DNA of 61,317 nt from an uncultured virus (IMG/VR IMGVR_UViG_3300024518_006364) (IMGVR_UViG_3300024518_006364); one strand, 5' to 3'; counted from the stretch's first letter, positions 35,363-45,344 are shown. Translations and numbers: made by a program. The notes: a model not told the origin generated them from the sequence alone.

Positions 35363-36448
35363 CTAGTAGCCGTAAGGCTGCTGAAGATACCCTGCGTTCA
35401 AGAGCCATTGGTCCATTTGATTGTTCGCACGACGATCGGCTTCCCCCGCACCGTACATGTAGCCTCCGATACCAAGCCCTGCGCCGCCAGCCAGGTAGGG
35501 CCACATTCTGCGCCCGCCCTTGGCGGCCTCTGCGCCTGCTGCGCTAGCTTCGGCACCTCCTGCGGCGGCAGCGCCTGCCCCAGCCTCGCTCGCGACGATC
35601 CTCTCTGCCATGGCTTGGGTCTCGGGGTTGCGCGGGAAACCTTGGGCTACGAGATCATCGAGGGCGTCTGCCTGTCTGCGGACAAGCTCTTCAGCAGAGA
35701 ATGGTGCCCCCGCGGTCCCTGCGACTCCCTCGGCTGCGGCCCCTCCTGCTGCTGGCGGGGTTGCGGCTGCCGCGGGAGTGGCACGAGGAGCAGGAGGAGG
35801 AGGTGCCATTCCAGCCTGGAACTGTTCGGCACGTGCAGCGACCTGGGGACGAGTTCTCGCCAGAGGCCGCTTGATTCCCAGTTCTGACTGAACCGCACTG
35901 ACCGCCGGGCCGCCGCCTTCTCCAGCACGAGCGCCAAGAGTTTCGGCCTTCCGTGCGATCCCGCGTCCGGCGCGTCCGGGAAGGACCTGGGAAGCCAAGG
36001 GGCCCAGGACTTCGGGCTTCAGTGCGGCACGCGCGCCATAGGCGCTGCGCATGAGTTCGCCGCCCATTTCCTTCTTCACAGCACGGCGTCCGAGGCCGGG
36101 GAGACGGGAGCGATACATCACGCTGCCAGCCATCTCAGGGGAGACCCCGGCGGCGCCTGCTGCTTCGATTCCTTTGCGGGCTCCGCGGGCGGTGAACTCT
36201 CCCGTCGTCGGGATTCCCATGCGCCCCATTCGCTCGGCTGACTGGAAGCGCCCCAAGAAGTTCCCGAACCGTCCCGCGGTTTGCGTAGGTTTCATGGTGG
36301 CTTGTTGTGCCGCGCTGATGCCCCCCTTACCGAGCCATCGTCGGGCAGCGCCGAGTCCACGCCCCAGTGTTTCGGCGACGATGGCTTCCTTTTCAAAGGA
36401 GGGCGTGGGAATAGGGAAAGGGCCAACACCAAGTCTGAGTTCGGTCAT
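35363..36448 (-). CDS. Basic Gly/Ala/Arg-rich putative head cargo protein (FEKEA)
   Basis: ATGA overlap; C-terminal glycine zipper. Confidence 0.6.
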   Translation of the reverse strand: MTELRLGVGPFPIPTPSFEKEAIVAETLGRGLGAARRWLGKGGISAAQQATMKPTQTAGRFGNFLGRFQSAERMGRMGIPTTGEFTARGARKGIEAAGAAGVSPEMAGSVMYRSRLPGLGRRAVKKEMGGELMRSAYGARAALKPEVLGPLASQVLPGRAGRGIARKAETLGARAGEGGGPAVSAVQSELGIKRPLARTRPQVAARAEQFQAGMAPPPPAPRATPAAAATPPAAGGAAAEGVAGTAGAPFSAEELVRRQADALDDLVAQGFPRNPETQAMAERIVASEAGAGAAAAGGAEASAAGAEAAKGGRRMWPYLAGGAGLGIGGYMYGAGEADRRANNQMDQWLLNAGYLQQPYGY

Positions 36449-37161
36449 AGGTCGTCCCTCTCTCCCGGCACCAGGATCTGCTGTTCTCCGGCAGGGCCTG
36501 TCAGTGTGACGAGAACCTCTCGCAATTTTACGCCGCGGGGTAATCTGAACCAAATCTTTTCGAGTTCCAATTCAACGTCAACGGGGGTCTCCCAGCACTT
36601 ATCGTCGAGAGTGTAAGGAGATGTTGCTCCCATTGTTACTGCACTGACGTCGCGAATCCAGGCCGCGCGTTCCAAATCCTTGAAACCCTCCTGAAGGGCT
36701 GTGTAGGTAAGTTCGGCCAGGATCGCGCTCTCGAGTCTTTTCTGGCTGACTGATTTGATACGAAGGCGTACCCGGTCCCAGGTCATCATGATTTCGTTGC
36801 CGGTGCGAGGTCCGTGGACGACAGTAGGCCGGTGTCCCCCCTTCTTATCGTGTTGGGTGCGCATTCGGTCAACGTAGATGCCGGGGCGTCCTCCGCGCTT
36901 TTCCGAGTCCTCGTTGTAAGCCAACTCGATAACGATGCCAGTCGTGTTGAAGTCGTCCTGCCAGGCCCAAGGGAGACCGTTAACAGCATCGAATCGCTGG
37001 CGAAGGAAATGGGTAATTCCTGCCATCACAGCAATGCCACACTGGAACGGGATGATCGTAGTGGCGTGTTCGAGATGTTCCCGGTGGTCATCACCGAAGA
37101 TGTCGAGCAGAATTTCACTGGGCTGCGGAAGCCCGTCACGAATGTCGGACATCAGTGCCAC
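36445..37161 (-). CDS. Putative tail completion/neck protein
   Basis: Synteny between neck and sheath genes. Confidence 0.5.
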   Translation of the reverse strand: MALMSDIRDGLPQPSEILLDIFGDDHREHLEHATTIIPFQCGIAVMAGITHFLRQRFDAVNGLPWAWQDDFNTTGIVIELAYNEDSEKRGGRPGIYVDRMRTQHDKKGGHRPTVVHGPRTGNEIMMTWDRVRLRIKSVSQKRLESAILAELTYTALQEGFKDLERAAWIRDVSAVTMGATSPYTLDDKCWETPVDVELELEKIWFRLPRGVKLREVLVTLTGPAGEQQILVPGERDDL

Positions 37162-38057
37162 CCCACTTCGATGCGTGCCGAATAGGGGGCCTCGCGTTCC
37201 ACTTCGATGGTGTAGACAGCGTCGTCCCGGACGAGCTTGTTGGCAGGGGCGTACTGCTGTACGCGAACGCCTTTTACTTCTGTAGGGGTTACGATGCCGA
37301 GTTTGTAGCGCTCGTTGGTTTCGACGTCAACGATGATGTCGTTCTCTTCGAGGTATGGGAAGTCGAGGAACATGAAGCGATGGGTTTCTCGTTGCCCCTG
37401 GGCTTCGTTGTTCGTTTCCTGTACAGGCGCGGGCTTGCGCAGCCCAATGGCATAGAACGGATTGTAGTAACCGTCGACCCATCCGGTGCCATGACACACG
37501 GGGCAGTTCTGCAATGTTGCCTGTCGTGTCGCGGGGTCCCAACATTCGTCGTTCGTGCAGCGGGAGCCCATGTGACGACGTTTGAGGATCGCGAACTTCC
37601 GCCCCTCGGCGCGTTCCAGAAGAATCCAAAGGTCACGAAGGATCTTGCGTCGGACGAGAATCATTCGCTTGCGGTCGCGATGTAGCCCGTGGTCCTGAAA
37701 ACGAGTTGGGAGTGCCTCACGTTGCTCCAGAACATCTTGGGATACTTCGAAGAGGTCGATTGCCTGGGAGTTGGCTTCCTCTACCCCGTTGACCGCGCGC
37801 ACGTAGTAGTACCAGTTCCGGCTGAGTGCGCCGAAGTGTGCCTTGTCGGTGGCCGCGGAGAGGTCGTCGGTGAAGTAGAACTGGTTCTCCAGAGCGCCCG
37901 AGACGAGCTTCCACGGGCCCGCAGGAGACTCACTGCGATAGACGACCATCTGGAGCTCTGTGGCTCCAGGAGGGGTGTCCTGCGCATCGACCTCCCACTG
38001 GAGGAAGACCGAGTTACGATGCAGGGGCACCAGTCTGGTCAGCCGCACTGCGAGCAT
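37152..38057 (-). CDS. Putative neck/head-closure protein with Zn finger
   Basis: FN3-like N-terminus (YRSESPAGPW), RC..CWD...CPVCHGTGWVDGY. Confidence 0.6.
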   Translation of the reverse strand: MLAVRLTRLVPLHRNSVFLQWEVDAQDTPPGATELQMVVYRSESPAGPWKLVSGALENQFYFTDDLSAATDKAHFGALSRNWYYYVRAVNGVEEANSQAIDLFEVSQDVLEQREALPTRFQDHGLHRDRKRMILVRRKILRDLWILLERAEGRKFAILKRRHMGSRCTNDECWDPATRQATLQNCPVCHGTGWVDGYYNPFYAIGLRKPAPVQETNNEAQGQRETHRFMFLDFPYLEENDIIVDVETNERYKLGIVTPTEVKGVRVQQYAPANKLVRDDAVYTIEVEREAPYSARIEVGWH

Positions 38058-38295
38058 AGTTCAGCGCCTGTTGGAGAAGGTCCCCGATCACGGGACGCTC
38101 CAGGAGAGAGTTTTCCAGCTTGCCCTCGGTTGTGATCGTGAGGACCCGCTGGTTTGCCTCCAACGACATGCCGACGTCCGTGACCTCGAAGCCTGTCCGG
38201 TGCATCATGCCCGCGATCCCCGCAACGAGCATCACGCTCTTGGCCGAGTCGCTGACTGGCAGCTCTTTCTCGTCGTAGCGAATTTCGATGATCAT
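38014..38295 (-). CDS. Hypothetical protein
   Basis: Operon packing. Confidence 0.55.
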   Translation of the reverse strand: MIIEIRYDEKELPVSDSAKSVMLVAGIAGMMHRTGFEVTDVGMSLEANQRVLTITTEGKLENSLLERPVIGDLLQQALNYARSAADQTGAPAS

Positions 38296-38296
38296 C

Positions 38297-38851
38297 TCAT
38301 TCCCCTCGGTAGATCCGTTGCGCGGCCGGGATGAAGAAGCCACTGGAGGTGACTTTGGCGCGACCATCGTGTTCTCCCCACACTTGGCCGACGCCGATAG
38401 AGCTGTCAGTTCCGTCAGAGTTTACGCCGTAAATTTGATCCTGCTCCGCCATGGTGTCCGAATCGTCCGGAGGCGGCTGGGTTTCCGCGTTGTGTGAGGC
38501 GTTCCCAGGACCATCTCCGAACTGTTCAAAGAAGTCCTCGTAGTACTCGACGTCTGGGTCGTAATTGCCCAGCTTGGGCATACCGATGCGCTTCAAACTG
38601 AAGAGGTTCGGTTTGGATGCACTTTGGAGAGGCTTCCCGTAAGCCATCACACTCTTGGTGAGCGCACCAGCGTTTCCTTTAGCGTCTCCGCAGAGGGACT
38701 TTGCACAGAGATCTTCTTTTTTTATCGAGCTCTCCCCAAGGTTCTTTTTCAGTATGGCCAGATCACCATCGACGGAACCGCCGCCCCCGGAAAGAAAGGA
38801 GAGCTTGAGGAACCCATACAGCTTTCCCAGCCGCTTTCCATCACGCGACAT
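38297..38851 (-). CDS. Hypothetical virion-associated protein
   Basis: Operon packing; FLKLS motif. Confidence 0.55.
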   Translation of the reverse strand: MSRDGKRLGKLYGFLKLSFLSGGGGSVDGDLAILKKNLGESSIKKEDLCAKSLCGDAKGNAGALTKSVMAYGKPLQSASKPNLFSLKRIGMPKLGNYDPDVEYYEDFFEQFGDGPGNASHNAETQPPPDDSDTMAEQDQIYGVNSDGTDSSIGVGQVWGEHDGRAKVTSSGFFIPAAQRIYRGE

Positions 38852-39242
38852 CTTCGACCTCGCTTTGGGTGCGGACCAGGCGGTCCCCGATGTCGATCTC
38901 CAACTCCAACGAAATCCCTGCGGGGATTTCCAGGACGTAACGTGAAGGGAGGTTCCCGGGGCACGGGACTGGCACGGTGCTGAAAGGAGTCAAGTTGCGC
39001 ACGATTCCGATGACGATCTGTTCGTCGTCCAAGAACAGGATATCCAGAGGCAGCGGCGTGTCCTTCATCCACATCGCGCGCTTTTCGGTGCGAGGGAAGA
39101 TGAACAACATGGCATTGATGGGGGCCCACTTCTCGCGGCCCATCATTCCCTTCTGCAACCCGTTCGGGGTGTCACGAATCTCTGCGAGGAAGAGTTCGTC
39201 TTCGATATCTGTGTGGAGCGTGAGGTGTTCGTACTTGGGCAT
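38841..39242 (-). CDS. DUF192 family protein
   Basis: E..DTP....GMM.R, MLFIF, MWMKDT.LPLDILFLD, YVLEI.AG. Confidence 0.85.
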   Translation of the reverse strand: MPKYEHLTLHTDIEDELFLAEIRDTPNGLQKGMMGREKWAPINAMLFIFPRTEKRAMWMKDTPLPLDILFLDDEQIVIGIVRNLTPFSTVPVPCPGNLPSRYVLEIPAGISLELEIDIGDRLVRTQSEVEDVA

Positions 39243-39244
39243 CG

Positions 39245-39727
39245 CTATCTCCAGAATGAATAGGAGTAGCGGTATCCGCTGCCGAGGCTTCCGAAGCAGC
39301 CCTCGAGATTGTCCTGCGTCTTCCACCCACGAGAGACAGTCAGGAACTCGTTCCAGGCCTCCCCCCTGAGCTTGGCGAAGAGGGCTGCCTTGTCGTCGAG
39401 GCCGAGGGGGGTGATGTCTCCTGCTTGGTAGGTCAGCTGATTGCGGGCTTGTCGGTGAGCCTCGCCAAAGGTCAGGAGGCCTACGGCGCCCATTACCAGG
39501 ATGAAGCGGTTGGGGAAGCTCCCAACTGTGTGTGACGTCCTTGGAGGCATGGCGTTGAAACGATCGGTGGCGAGTCGCGCTGCGCGGGCGATCTCGGCCG
39601 GAGTGAACTGAACGTCATCGAGCAGGATATTGTACTCGGGCCAATCGAGGATCACGCCTCGGATGTCGTCCATCGTGATGTCGACGCCTGCGTTGTCCCC
39701 TGAGACTGGTGTTCCTACGACAGGCAT
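39245..39727 (-). CDS. Putative head-tail adaptor/neck protein
   Basis: D.PE.N.LLD..F, RNQL.Y..G, DDK pattern; synteny. Confidence 0.55.
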   Translation of the reverse strand: MPVVGTPVSGDNAGVDITMDDIRGVILDWPEYNILLDDVQFTPAEIARAARLATDRFNAMPPRTSHTVGSFPNRFILVMGAVGLLTFGEAHRQARNQLTYQAGDITPLGLDDKAALFAKLRGEAWNEFLTVSRGWKTQDNLEGCFGSLGSGYRYSYSFWR

Positions 39728-40293
39728 CAGACCACCACCGTCGCTTCATCCGGGCCGTAATATGAAGGCTTATGCAGGACAATTTTATACGTGTCCCCCG
39801 GGGGCACTCCTACTTGGTTGGTCCACCGTCCGGCGACATCTGTCTGTGTAATTCCGACGGGAACCGCCCCGGGGAGGCCGTAGTCGGAGGAGACCCAGAC
39901 AGAGACAACGGCGCCTTCGATGCCGTCCCCGTCAGGATCGACATATCGGAGATTGTCCGTGCCCCCAGTGTCTTCGTTAATTCCCACCTGGTTCTGAACA
40001 TCGATTTCGAGAGTGGTCCCATTTTGGACCGGAAGCGTCAGGGCCGTTGCGTAAGGGAACCCGTAGGTTGTGTCGAAGCACTCGACCAAGTATTCGCCGT
40101 CGTCGAAGCTCGTGAAATCAACGGTGACCGTGTAGGTTCCAGTGCTCTCAACGAGAGGAATTTCCGCATCGACGGGCGACGCTTTGAATGTGCCGTCCGA
40201 GTAGTCGTAGATGTAACCGTCGACGGTACGCGTGAGCGTCAGGAAGAGGCTCTTACCGGGGGTCTGGTTGAGGACGAAGTCGATGTCGGCCAT
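39727..40293 (-). CDS. Ig-like virion structural protein
   Basis: Beta-rich; GIEGA.V..TD..GRW carboxypeptidase-regulatory-like motif. Confidence 0.55.
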   Translation of the reverse strand: MADIDFVLNQTPGKSLFLTLTRTVDGYIYDYSDGTFKASPVDAEIPLVESTGTYTVTVDFTSFDDGEYLVECFDTTYGFPYATALTLPVQNGTTLEIDVQNQVGINEDTGGTDNLRYVDPDGDGIEGAVVSVWVSSDYGLPGAVPVGITQTDVAGRWTNQVGVPPGDTYKIVLHKPSYYGPDEATVVV

Positions 40294-40295
40294 GA

Positions 40296-40961
40296 CTATG
40301 CCCCGCGGACGATGAACGACAGGACATCCCCGATGTTGATGTCGTGGTGCGCCTTGATCTGGTTCGCGCTGAACTCTTCGTAGTCGACCGGGGACGCCCC
40401 GTCATCAGGGGTCCAGAGGACGCCGTTGAAGTACACTTCCAGGTAGAGGCCGTTGTCCGTGTCGTCGATTTTGTAGGTCAAGCTGTTAGGAAGCGTCAGG
40501 GACGTTTCTGCCGCCGTGAACGCGAGGGCCCGGTAAATCCCCTTTCGCGGGGACGTGTCGTTCCAGGCGCGTGTCGGGTGGCGTGTCTTGGCCAGCATCG
40601 TGCGGATGAAAGCCAGATCAGACCCCGTGCTGGGATTCTTGTGGTGCGCCCAGGTGAGCCCGCTTTCGGTGATAAATGTGACCCCGTTGAGCGTAACTTC
40701 CGTGGTGCCTACGACTGCCAGGATTTCGGCCACCACGTTGTTGCCGGGAAAACCTGAGTCCCAGGACACGATGTAGGTGCCCACGTGTTCGGGCAGGAAC
40801 GTGGCCGAAGCGGCGATGAGGTTGTCTGACCCCGTGGCGACCTCGCCGTCGATCCCCTGCTGAAGGCGGATTCCAACTTGCTCAGCGAACTGAACATTGT
40901 AGTCATCGGAGTAGTCCGGAGACTGTCCCACCTGGCTCTGAAGGAGCTTGTTGCCTTCCAT
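40296..40961 (-). CDS. Virion structural protein
   Basis: LEVYFNGV...DYEE motif; synteny. Confidence 0.55.
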   Translation of the reverse strand: MEGNKLLQSQVGQSPDYSDDYNVQFAEQVGIRLQQGIDGEVATGSDNLIAASATFLPEHVGTYIVSWDSGFPGNNVVAEILAVVGTTEVTLNGVTFITESGLTWAHHKNPSTGSDLAFIRTMLAKTRHPTRAWNDTSPRKGIYRALAFTAAETSLTLPNSLTYKIDDTDNGLYLEVYFNGVLWTPDDGASPVDYEEFSANQIKAHHDINIGDVLSFIVRGA

Positions 40962-41284
40962 CAGTTCAACACCTTCCGCACGAAGTCGCCAGTGAGGGTG
41001 TCGTCCGCGGTTTGCGGAGGATCGGTCAGGAACGTGATTTGGTCATACCCCGTTCCGGCGCCTCCGCTCTCCTGCACCGAGTAGTTCGTGCCAAACACGA
41101 GCTGCTGGCCATTGAGGTGCACACTGATGCTCATGTTGGCCGAGTGGTAGAACTTCTCGGAGCTGGGCACGGTGTAGATCCGGTTGGTTCCGTCCTTGTT
41201 CCCATCGAGCGGGATGTTCTGGCGAATGTCGTCAAGCTGGACCGATGCGGGCTCCAGCGTGGGATCAAGGACGATGGTTGGCAC
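40961..41284 (-). CDS. Virion structural protein
   Basis: G.KDGTN..YT, VHLNGQ..YS..ESGG.GTGYD. Confidence 0.6.
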   Translation of the reverse strand: MPTIVLDPTLEPASVQLDDIRQNIPLDGNKDGTNRIYTVPSSEKFYHSANMSISVHLNGQQLVFGTNYSVQESGGAGTGYDQITFLTDPPQTADDTLTGDFVRKVLN

Positions 41285-41287
41285 GGT

Positions 41288-41545
41288 CTACCCCTCCGGG
41301 AAGTGCTCATCCTGCCAGGCCTGGAGACGTGCTTGCAGCGCGCTCTTGTAGCCCTCTTGGGACAGGTTGCGCTCCTTGCACTGATCCTGGAGCCCCTCCT
41401 TGTTGAGGTTCTCCCAGCCGTCGGGAAGTGGATCCATCTCGACAGGGGTTTCCTCGACGGACGTTACCGTCGTGGCAGGAGGATCCGGAACAGTGGCAGG
41501 AGCCTGCGGAGGTCTGCGCTTACGGCGAGGCTGAGAGATCTTCAT
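41288..41545 (-). CDS. SAP-domain protein
   Basis: LNKEGLQDQCKERNLSQEGYKSALQARL. Confidence 0.65.
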   Translation of the reverse strand: MKISQPRRKRRPPQAPATVPDPPATTVTSVEETPVEMDPLPDGWENLNKEGLQDQCKERNLSQEGYKSALQARLQAWQDEHFPEG

Positions 41546-41547
41546 GG

Positions 41548-42201
41548 TTACTCGTCCTTCGGGGGGTGTTCGTCCTGCCAGCTCTGAAGGCGTTCCTTCA
41601 GGTCCGCCTTGTTGCCCTCGGGATCGATCTCGCGTTCGGTGCACAGGGCGACGAGATCATCCTTGTTGAACCTCTCCCACCCCTCGGGAAGAGGTTCTGC
41701 GGTCTCGGTCTTGTCGGCCACGGTCTCATCGCCGTCGCCCTGGTCGCCTTCGCCTGCGGCAGCTGCCGCATCGGCGGCCTGGGCATCGGTAACCTCCTGG
41801 GGAGGAGGTACCATTGAGACGCCCTTGCCCGAGTTATACGCCGGATTGTGGTCAGTGCTGGGGCCCGGAGACGCCGGAGGCACGACGCTGATGGCGTCCG
41901 CGGACTTCGTGATCGGGCTGTCGGCGGGGGCCGCGGCCTTGGTCTCCCCTGACAGTTCTTCGAGATCGTCGACGCCTGCGGGACGGGCAGCTTCTGTCTT
42001 GTCGATGGTCTTGACCGGCTCCCCGCCGTTCTCGACCACCTCGAAGCGCTGCTCTTCCTCGGGCTTTTTGTCCTCGTTGACGATGTCCGGGTGGTTGGCC
42101 AGGTAGTCCGGCAACGGCTTCCGTGCTTTCGGCAACAGCACTAGCTGTCCACCGCAGATTGCGAGTGCTGTTGCACCCTTGCTTACGATTTCCCTCGGCA
42201 T
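41548..42201 (-). CDS. Acidic protein with C-terminal SAP domain
   Basis: FNKDDLVALCTEREIDPEGNKADLKERL; AAGGAGG RBS. Confidence 0.7.
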   Translation of the reverse strand: MPREIVSKGATALAICGGQLVLLPKARKPLPDYLANHPDIVNEDKKPEEEQRFEVVENGGEPVKTIDKTEAARPAGVDDLEELSGETKAAAPADSPITKSADAISVVPPASPGPSTDHNPAYNSGKGVSMVPPPQEVTDAQAADAAAAAGEGDQGDGDETVADKTETAEPLPEGWERFNKDDLVALCTEREIDPEGNKADLKERLQSWQDEHPPKDE

Positions 42202-42266
42202 TGGAGTTCCTCCTTAGCGTGTTTCCACGTGTGGACACATTCTAGCAGGAGAAATACGAGAAAGAC

Positions 42267-42302
42267 AAAAGAAAGGGGAGGGGTTCCGAAGAACCCCAAC
42301 CC
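42267..42302 (-). terminator. Terminator downstream of major capsid gene
   Basis: GGGGTTC-TTCG-GAACCCC hairpin followed by TTTCTTTT on minus strand. Confidence 0.7.
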
Positions 42303-42332
42303 GAATGAGTTGTGAATGGAGGAGCAGGGATG

Positions 42333-43262
42333 CTAGGCGAAGCGTACGCGCCAGACACCCTCGGTGCCGCCGAATCCGACGCCCGGGGCCGCGTAGGCCC
42401 AGAACGTGAAGATGTCCGCCTCCTGCTTGATGAACAGGGTGGCGTCGGCCAGCAGGTAGTAGTGGCCGAGGAACGGCTGCGGTGAGTACGCGTGCACGTG
42501 GTCGTCGGGGAGGATGTCCGACTTCATGGTCGTCACGACCTTGATGCCGTACAGGTGGTCCTCCTTCTCCACGCCCTGGTCGTAGTGCCGCGTCAGGATG
42601 TCGAGTCCCCGGTTGTCCAGCTCGAGCGCCCGGTAGTACGTGGCCTTGGTCATCAGCATGCAGCCGATGGGCAGGCCGCGCTTGGCGGTCGCGCTGTGGT
42701 AGCCGACGATCGATGAGAACAGGACGCGGAAGGCGGCGGTCTTGAAACCGATGGCCGTGGCGTCGATGTCCTGCGCCGGGTTGGCTGCCCAGATCGCATT
42801 GACCGTCGACAGCCAATGCTTGTCTTCCTCGTCGGCCATGTCCTTGACGCAGTTGTCCGAGAGCATCTTCCGGATGTCGTTCTGGTAGGTCATGAGCTCG
42901 AACTTGCTCTTCTGGAAGTGCTCGGACTCGGTCTTGCCGAAGTAGATCCGGTACCGCTCGCCCTTGATCCACCGACGGTTGCCAGCGCCGCGGAACGGGA
43001 TGAAGGTTGCCGTGCTGTCCGGCTCCTTCTCCACGATCTTCGAAGGCTGGTCCGTCAGCTCGTCACGGTCGAGCTGCGTCTCGTCGATCTCGACCGGGGG
43101 CATGATCTCCCGGGCGAACGACTCCTGGCGCACCTTCATGCGCGTGAAGGCGCTGGCGACCTCCTGGGCCTCCTTGATGTGGCCCTGCTCCAGCTTCCGC
43201 ACGAAGCCCCGATTGAGCAGCTCCGCGGAAACCTGCGGTTCCTCGATTGCGTAGTTCGACAT
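42333..43262 (-). CDS. Major capsid protein (HK97 fold, inferred)
   Basis: 309 aa, strong C/G-ending codon bias, downstream terminator, R.ESFAR.I.PP / VEKEP pattern, position after protease and decoration genes. Confidence 0.7.
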   Translation of the reverse strand: MSNYAIEEPQVSAELLNRGFVRKLEQGHIKEAQEVASAFTRMKVRQESFAREIMPPVEIDETQLDRDELTDQPSKIVEKEPDSTATFIPFRGAGNRRWIKGERYRIYFGKTESEHFQKSKFELMTYQNDIRKMLSDNCVKDMADEEDKHWLSTVNAIWAANPAQDIDATAIGFKTAAFRVLFSSIVGYHSATAKRGLPIGCMLMTKATYYRALELDNRGLDILTRHYDQGVEKEDHLYGIKVVTTMKSDILPDDHVHAYSPQPFLGHYYLLADATLFIKQEADIFTFWAYAAPGVGFGGTEGVWRVRFA

Positions 43263-43310
43263 TTTCTCTCTCCTCTTCGAGAAGTTGGTTTCCTGCTGCG
43301 GCGCTATCCC

Positions 43311-43868
43311 TTACGGGACCTCGACGATCAGCGTGCCCTCGGCTGAGTCATGCTCGATGACCGAGCCGACCGGGTGCATGTCGGTCGAGGCTGCCACGTC
43401 TCCACCACCGCACGGGATGGCGACCTCGGTTCCCAGCATCGCGGTGAACTGGGCCTCGTCCGCGGTGACGGCGTCGCCGGGATTGTACGTCCCGGTCTTG
43501 AAGCCCTCGGTCTTGACGATGAAGCCCGTGCGCAGGCAGACCGCCTTGTTGCCGCCGGAGCCGACGCCCGAGGGGGTCATGTTGCCTTCGACCACCATCC
43601 AGATCGGGCGGGCGTCGAGAGCGGCGCCGGTCGTCTGGCTTTGCTTGAGGCCGGGCAGCACGTTGTAGGTCGGCCCGGTGTTGTCGGCGGCGACGCTGAT
43701 GTCACCGGTCTTCAGGACCTTGCCTGCCTCGGTGCCCTCGGGAGCCTGGGCAACGAGCATGCCCTCGTACAGCTCTTCGCCGCTTGCGACGTCGAAGGTC
43801 CGTTCGAGTGCGCCCTCGCGGAAGCCCCACTCCACATTGAACTTGCTGGTGAGCCAATTGTACGACAT
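43311..43868 (-). CDS. Putative head decoration protein
   Basis: Directly upstream of capsid gene; beta-rich, Y.PGD.VT motif. Confidence 0.55.
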   Translation of the reverse strand: MSYNWLTSKFNVEWGFREGALERTFDVASGEELYEGMLVAQAPEGTEAGKVLKTGDISVAADNTGPTYNVLPGLKQSQTTGAALDARPIWMVVEGNMTPSGVGSGGNKAVCLRTGFIVKTEGFKTGTYNPGDAVTADEAQFTAMLGTEVAIPCGGGDVAASTDMHPVGSVIEHDSAEGTLIVEVP

Positions 43869-43904
43869 TTTCTTCTCCTCCTAGTCGGGAAGATGGGTTT
43901 CTTT

Positions 43905-44318
43905 TCAGGTGCCGCTGCGGCAGAATTCCAAGAGCGCATTGCCAGCCTGCTCGACTTGCACCGCGATCTTCTCCCGCTCGACGGGCTTTGCTTCTTCGGG
44001 TTGTTCCTTCGCGGCGGCAACCTTCTCCTGTTCCGGAACGGCGGCGCCCAGGCTCGAGGATGCGTGTGCTGTCAGGCCTTCGGGTGCACCGCCTGCCAGT
44101 CCGTCGAGGAGCCCGGTCAGGTCTGCGTCTCCCGCGACCTTTTCCAGAACCTCGTCGGTGATCTCGGCATCGGGGTCGAGCAACGGCTCGATGCGTCCCC
44201 GCAGCGCGGCCAGCTTCTCATTCCTCTCGGCCGCATCCACCGTGGCAATCTTCGATGCCTGCTCGTCGATGATGTCGGCAGCGCTTTCCAGAGTCTCGGC
44301 CAGTTTGATCAGGTCCAT
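43905..44318 (-). CDS. KxA-rich internal head/scaffold protein
   Basis: IKLA, SKIA, EKLA, EKVA x2, EKIA. Confidence 0.65.
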   Translation of the reverse strand: MDLIKLAETLESAADIIDEQASKIATVDAAERNEKLAALRGRIEPLLDPDAEITDEVLEKVAGDADLTGLLDGLAGGAPEGLTAHASSSLGAAVPEQEKVAAAKEQPEEAKPVEREKIAVQVEQAGNALLEFCRSGT

Positions 44319-44324
44319 GTCACC

Positions 44325-44513
44325 CTACCCGTAGATCTGGTTGTTGAGTTGAACCATGGCCGTGGCGGCAACCAGAACCTGTGCTGCCTCGGCGCTTTTC
44401 TCGGTGCTGGCAACCTTCGTCACGGTGTTTGCTGCGGCCTTCTTGCGCAGCTCTGCCGCGAGCTTACGAAGCGGGTCGCCCGGCCTTGAGTGCGTTGTAG
44501 AAGTTCCTGACAT
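44325..44513 (-). CDS. Small KxA-rich protein (start uncertain)
   Basis: RKLA, TKVA, EKSA; overlaps upstream ORF by 50 nt. Confidence 0.5.
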   Translation of the reverse strand: MSGTSTTHSRPGDPLRKLAAELRKKAAANTVTKVASTEKSAEAAQVLVAATAMVQLNNQIYG

Positions 44514-44748
44514 GGCTCAACTTCACCGTTTCTTCCGGCTGCTCTGCGGCAACCTTTTCAGTATCGAGAGAAAATCCCTGCTCGTGCAGTTCCCTGCACT
44601 TCAGGGCGAGCTTCCGGAGTCCCTTGCCTGCCTCGGTCCCACCAGCCGCGGCCAGCTTTTCGGCCACGTTTTCTTCGTTGCACTCGGCGGCCACCTTCTC
44701 CAGGAGGTCGTCGACGAATTCGGTGATGGAGGCAGTGCGCTCACTCAT
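44464..44748 (-). CDS. Small KxA-rich protein
   Basis: EKVA x2, EKLA, RKLA, VKLS. Confidence 0.6.
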   Translation of the reverse strand: MSERTASITEFVDDLLEKVAAECNEENVAEKLAAAGGTEAGKGLRKLALKCRELHEQGFSLDTEKVAAEQPEETVKLSHVRNFYNALKAGRPAS

Positions 44749-44749
44749 C

Positions 44750-45337
44750 TCAGTACCCCTGACTGGGCAGCATGCCCAGGCTGGATGCCCCGCTGGTCAG
44801 GCCGCGAATGACTTTCGGGAGGAACAGACCGGCGGCAGCACCGCCGCCGAATGCCAGCAGCTTTTGCTTTCGCGCCTCGTCTGCTTCGCTTCCCTTCCCC
44901 ATGTAGTACGCAGTGGGGAGGCCGATGACACCCGCGCCGATGCCGAGAGGAAGAGGCCAGCGCGAGGGGGGCTTCCCTGCTCTCTCCAGTTGCTTTTTGA
45001 GCCCGGCCACCTGTCCCTCGAATGGGCGCAGGCGTTGGACTTCCCCTTCCGCAGCCGAAAGGAGCTCGTTGTACTTGCCCCTGGCCGCGCCGACGCCGGA
45101 TTCGAAACCGGCCCCGTGGATCCCTGGAAGTTGCTTGGCATAATGCTCGGGAGCGCCGAGGAGCTTTTGCAACCACCCGATGATTCCCTTTCGGGGTTGC
45201 AGAAGGGCCTCGGCACCCCGGGCAGCCGCAGCCTGTGCCGTCTTGATACGGTCAAAGGCGCCGGACGCAGAGATCTTCTCCACGGCGCTCGCATGAAGCG
45301 CGGGGTAGACCTCTCGTGCGTATGCCAGGGAGTCCAT
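44750..45337 (-). CDS. Glycine-zipper putative head cargo protein
   Basis: EKIS, IKTA; two hydrophobic Gly-rich segments. Confidence 0.6.
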   Translation of the reverse strand: MDSLAYAREVYPALHASAVEKISASGAFDRIKTAQAAAARGAEALLQPRKGIIGWLQKLLGAPEHYAKQLPGIHGAGFESGVGAARGKYNELLSAAEGEVQRLRPFEGQVAGLKKQLERAGKPPSRWPLPLGIGAGVIGLPTAYYMGKGSEADEARKQKLLAFGGGAAAGLFLPKVIRGLTSGASSLGMLPSQGY

Positions 45338-45344
45338 CAGTTCT

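Noticed and set aside
44325..44748. Programmed frameshift joining two KxA ORFs
   Set aside because: No slippery sequence in the overlap, and the downstream ORF has its own ATG.
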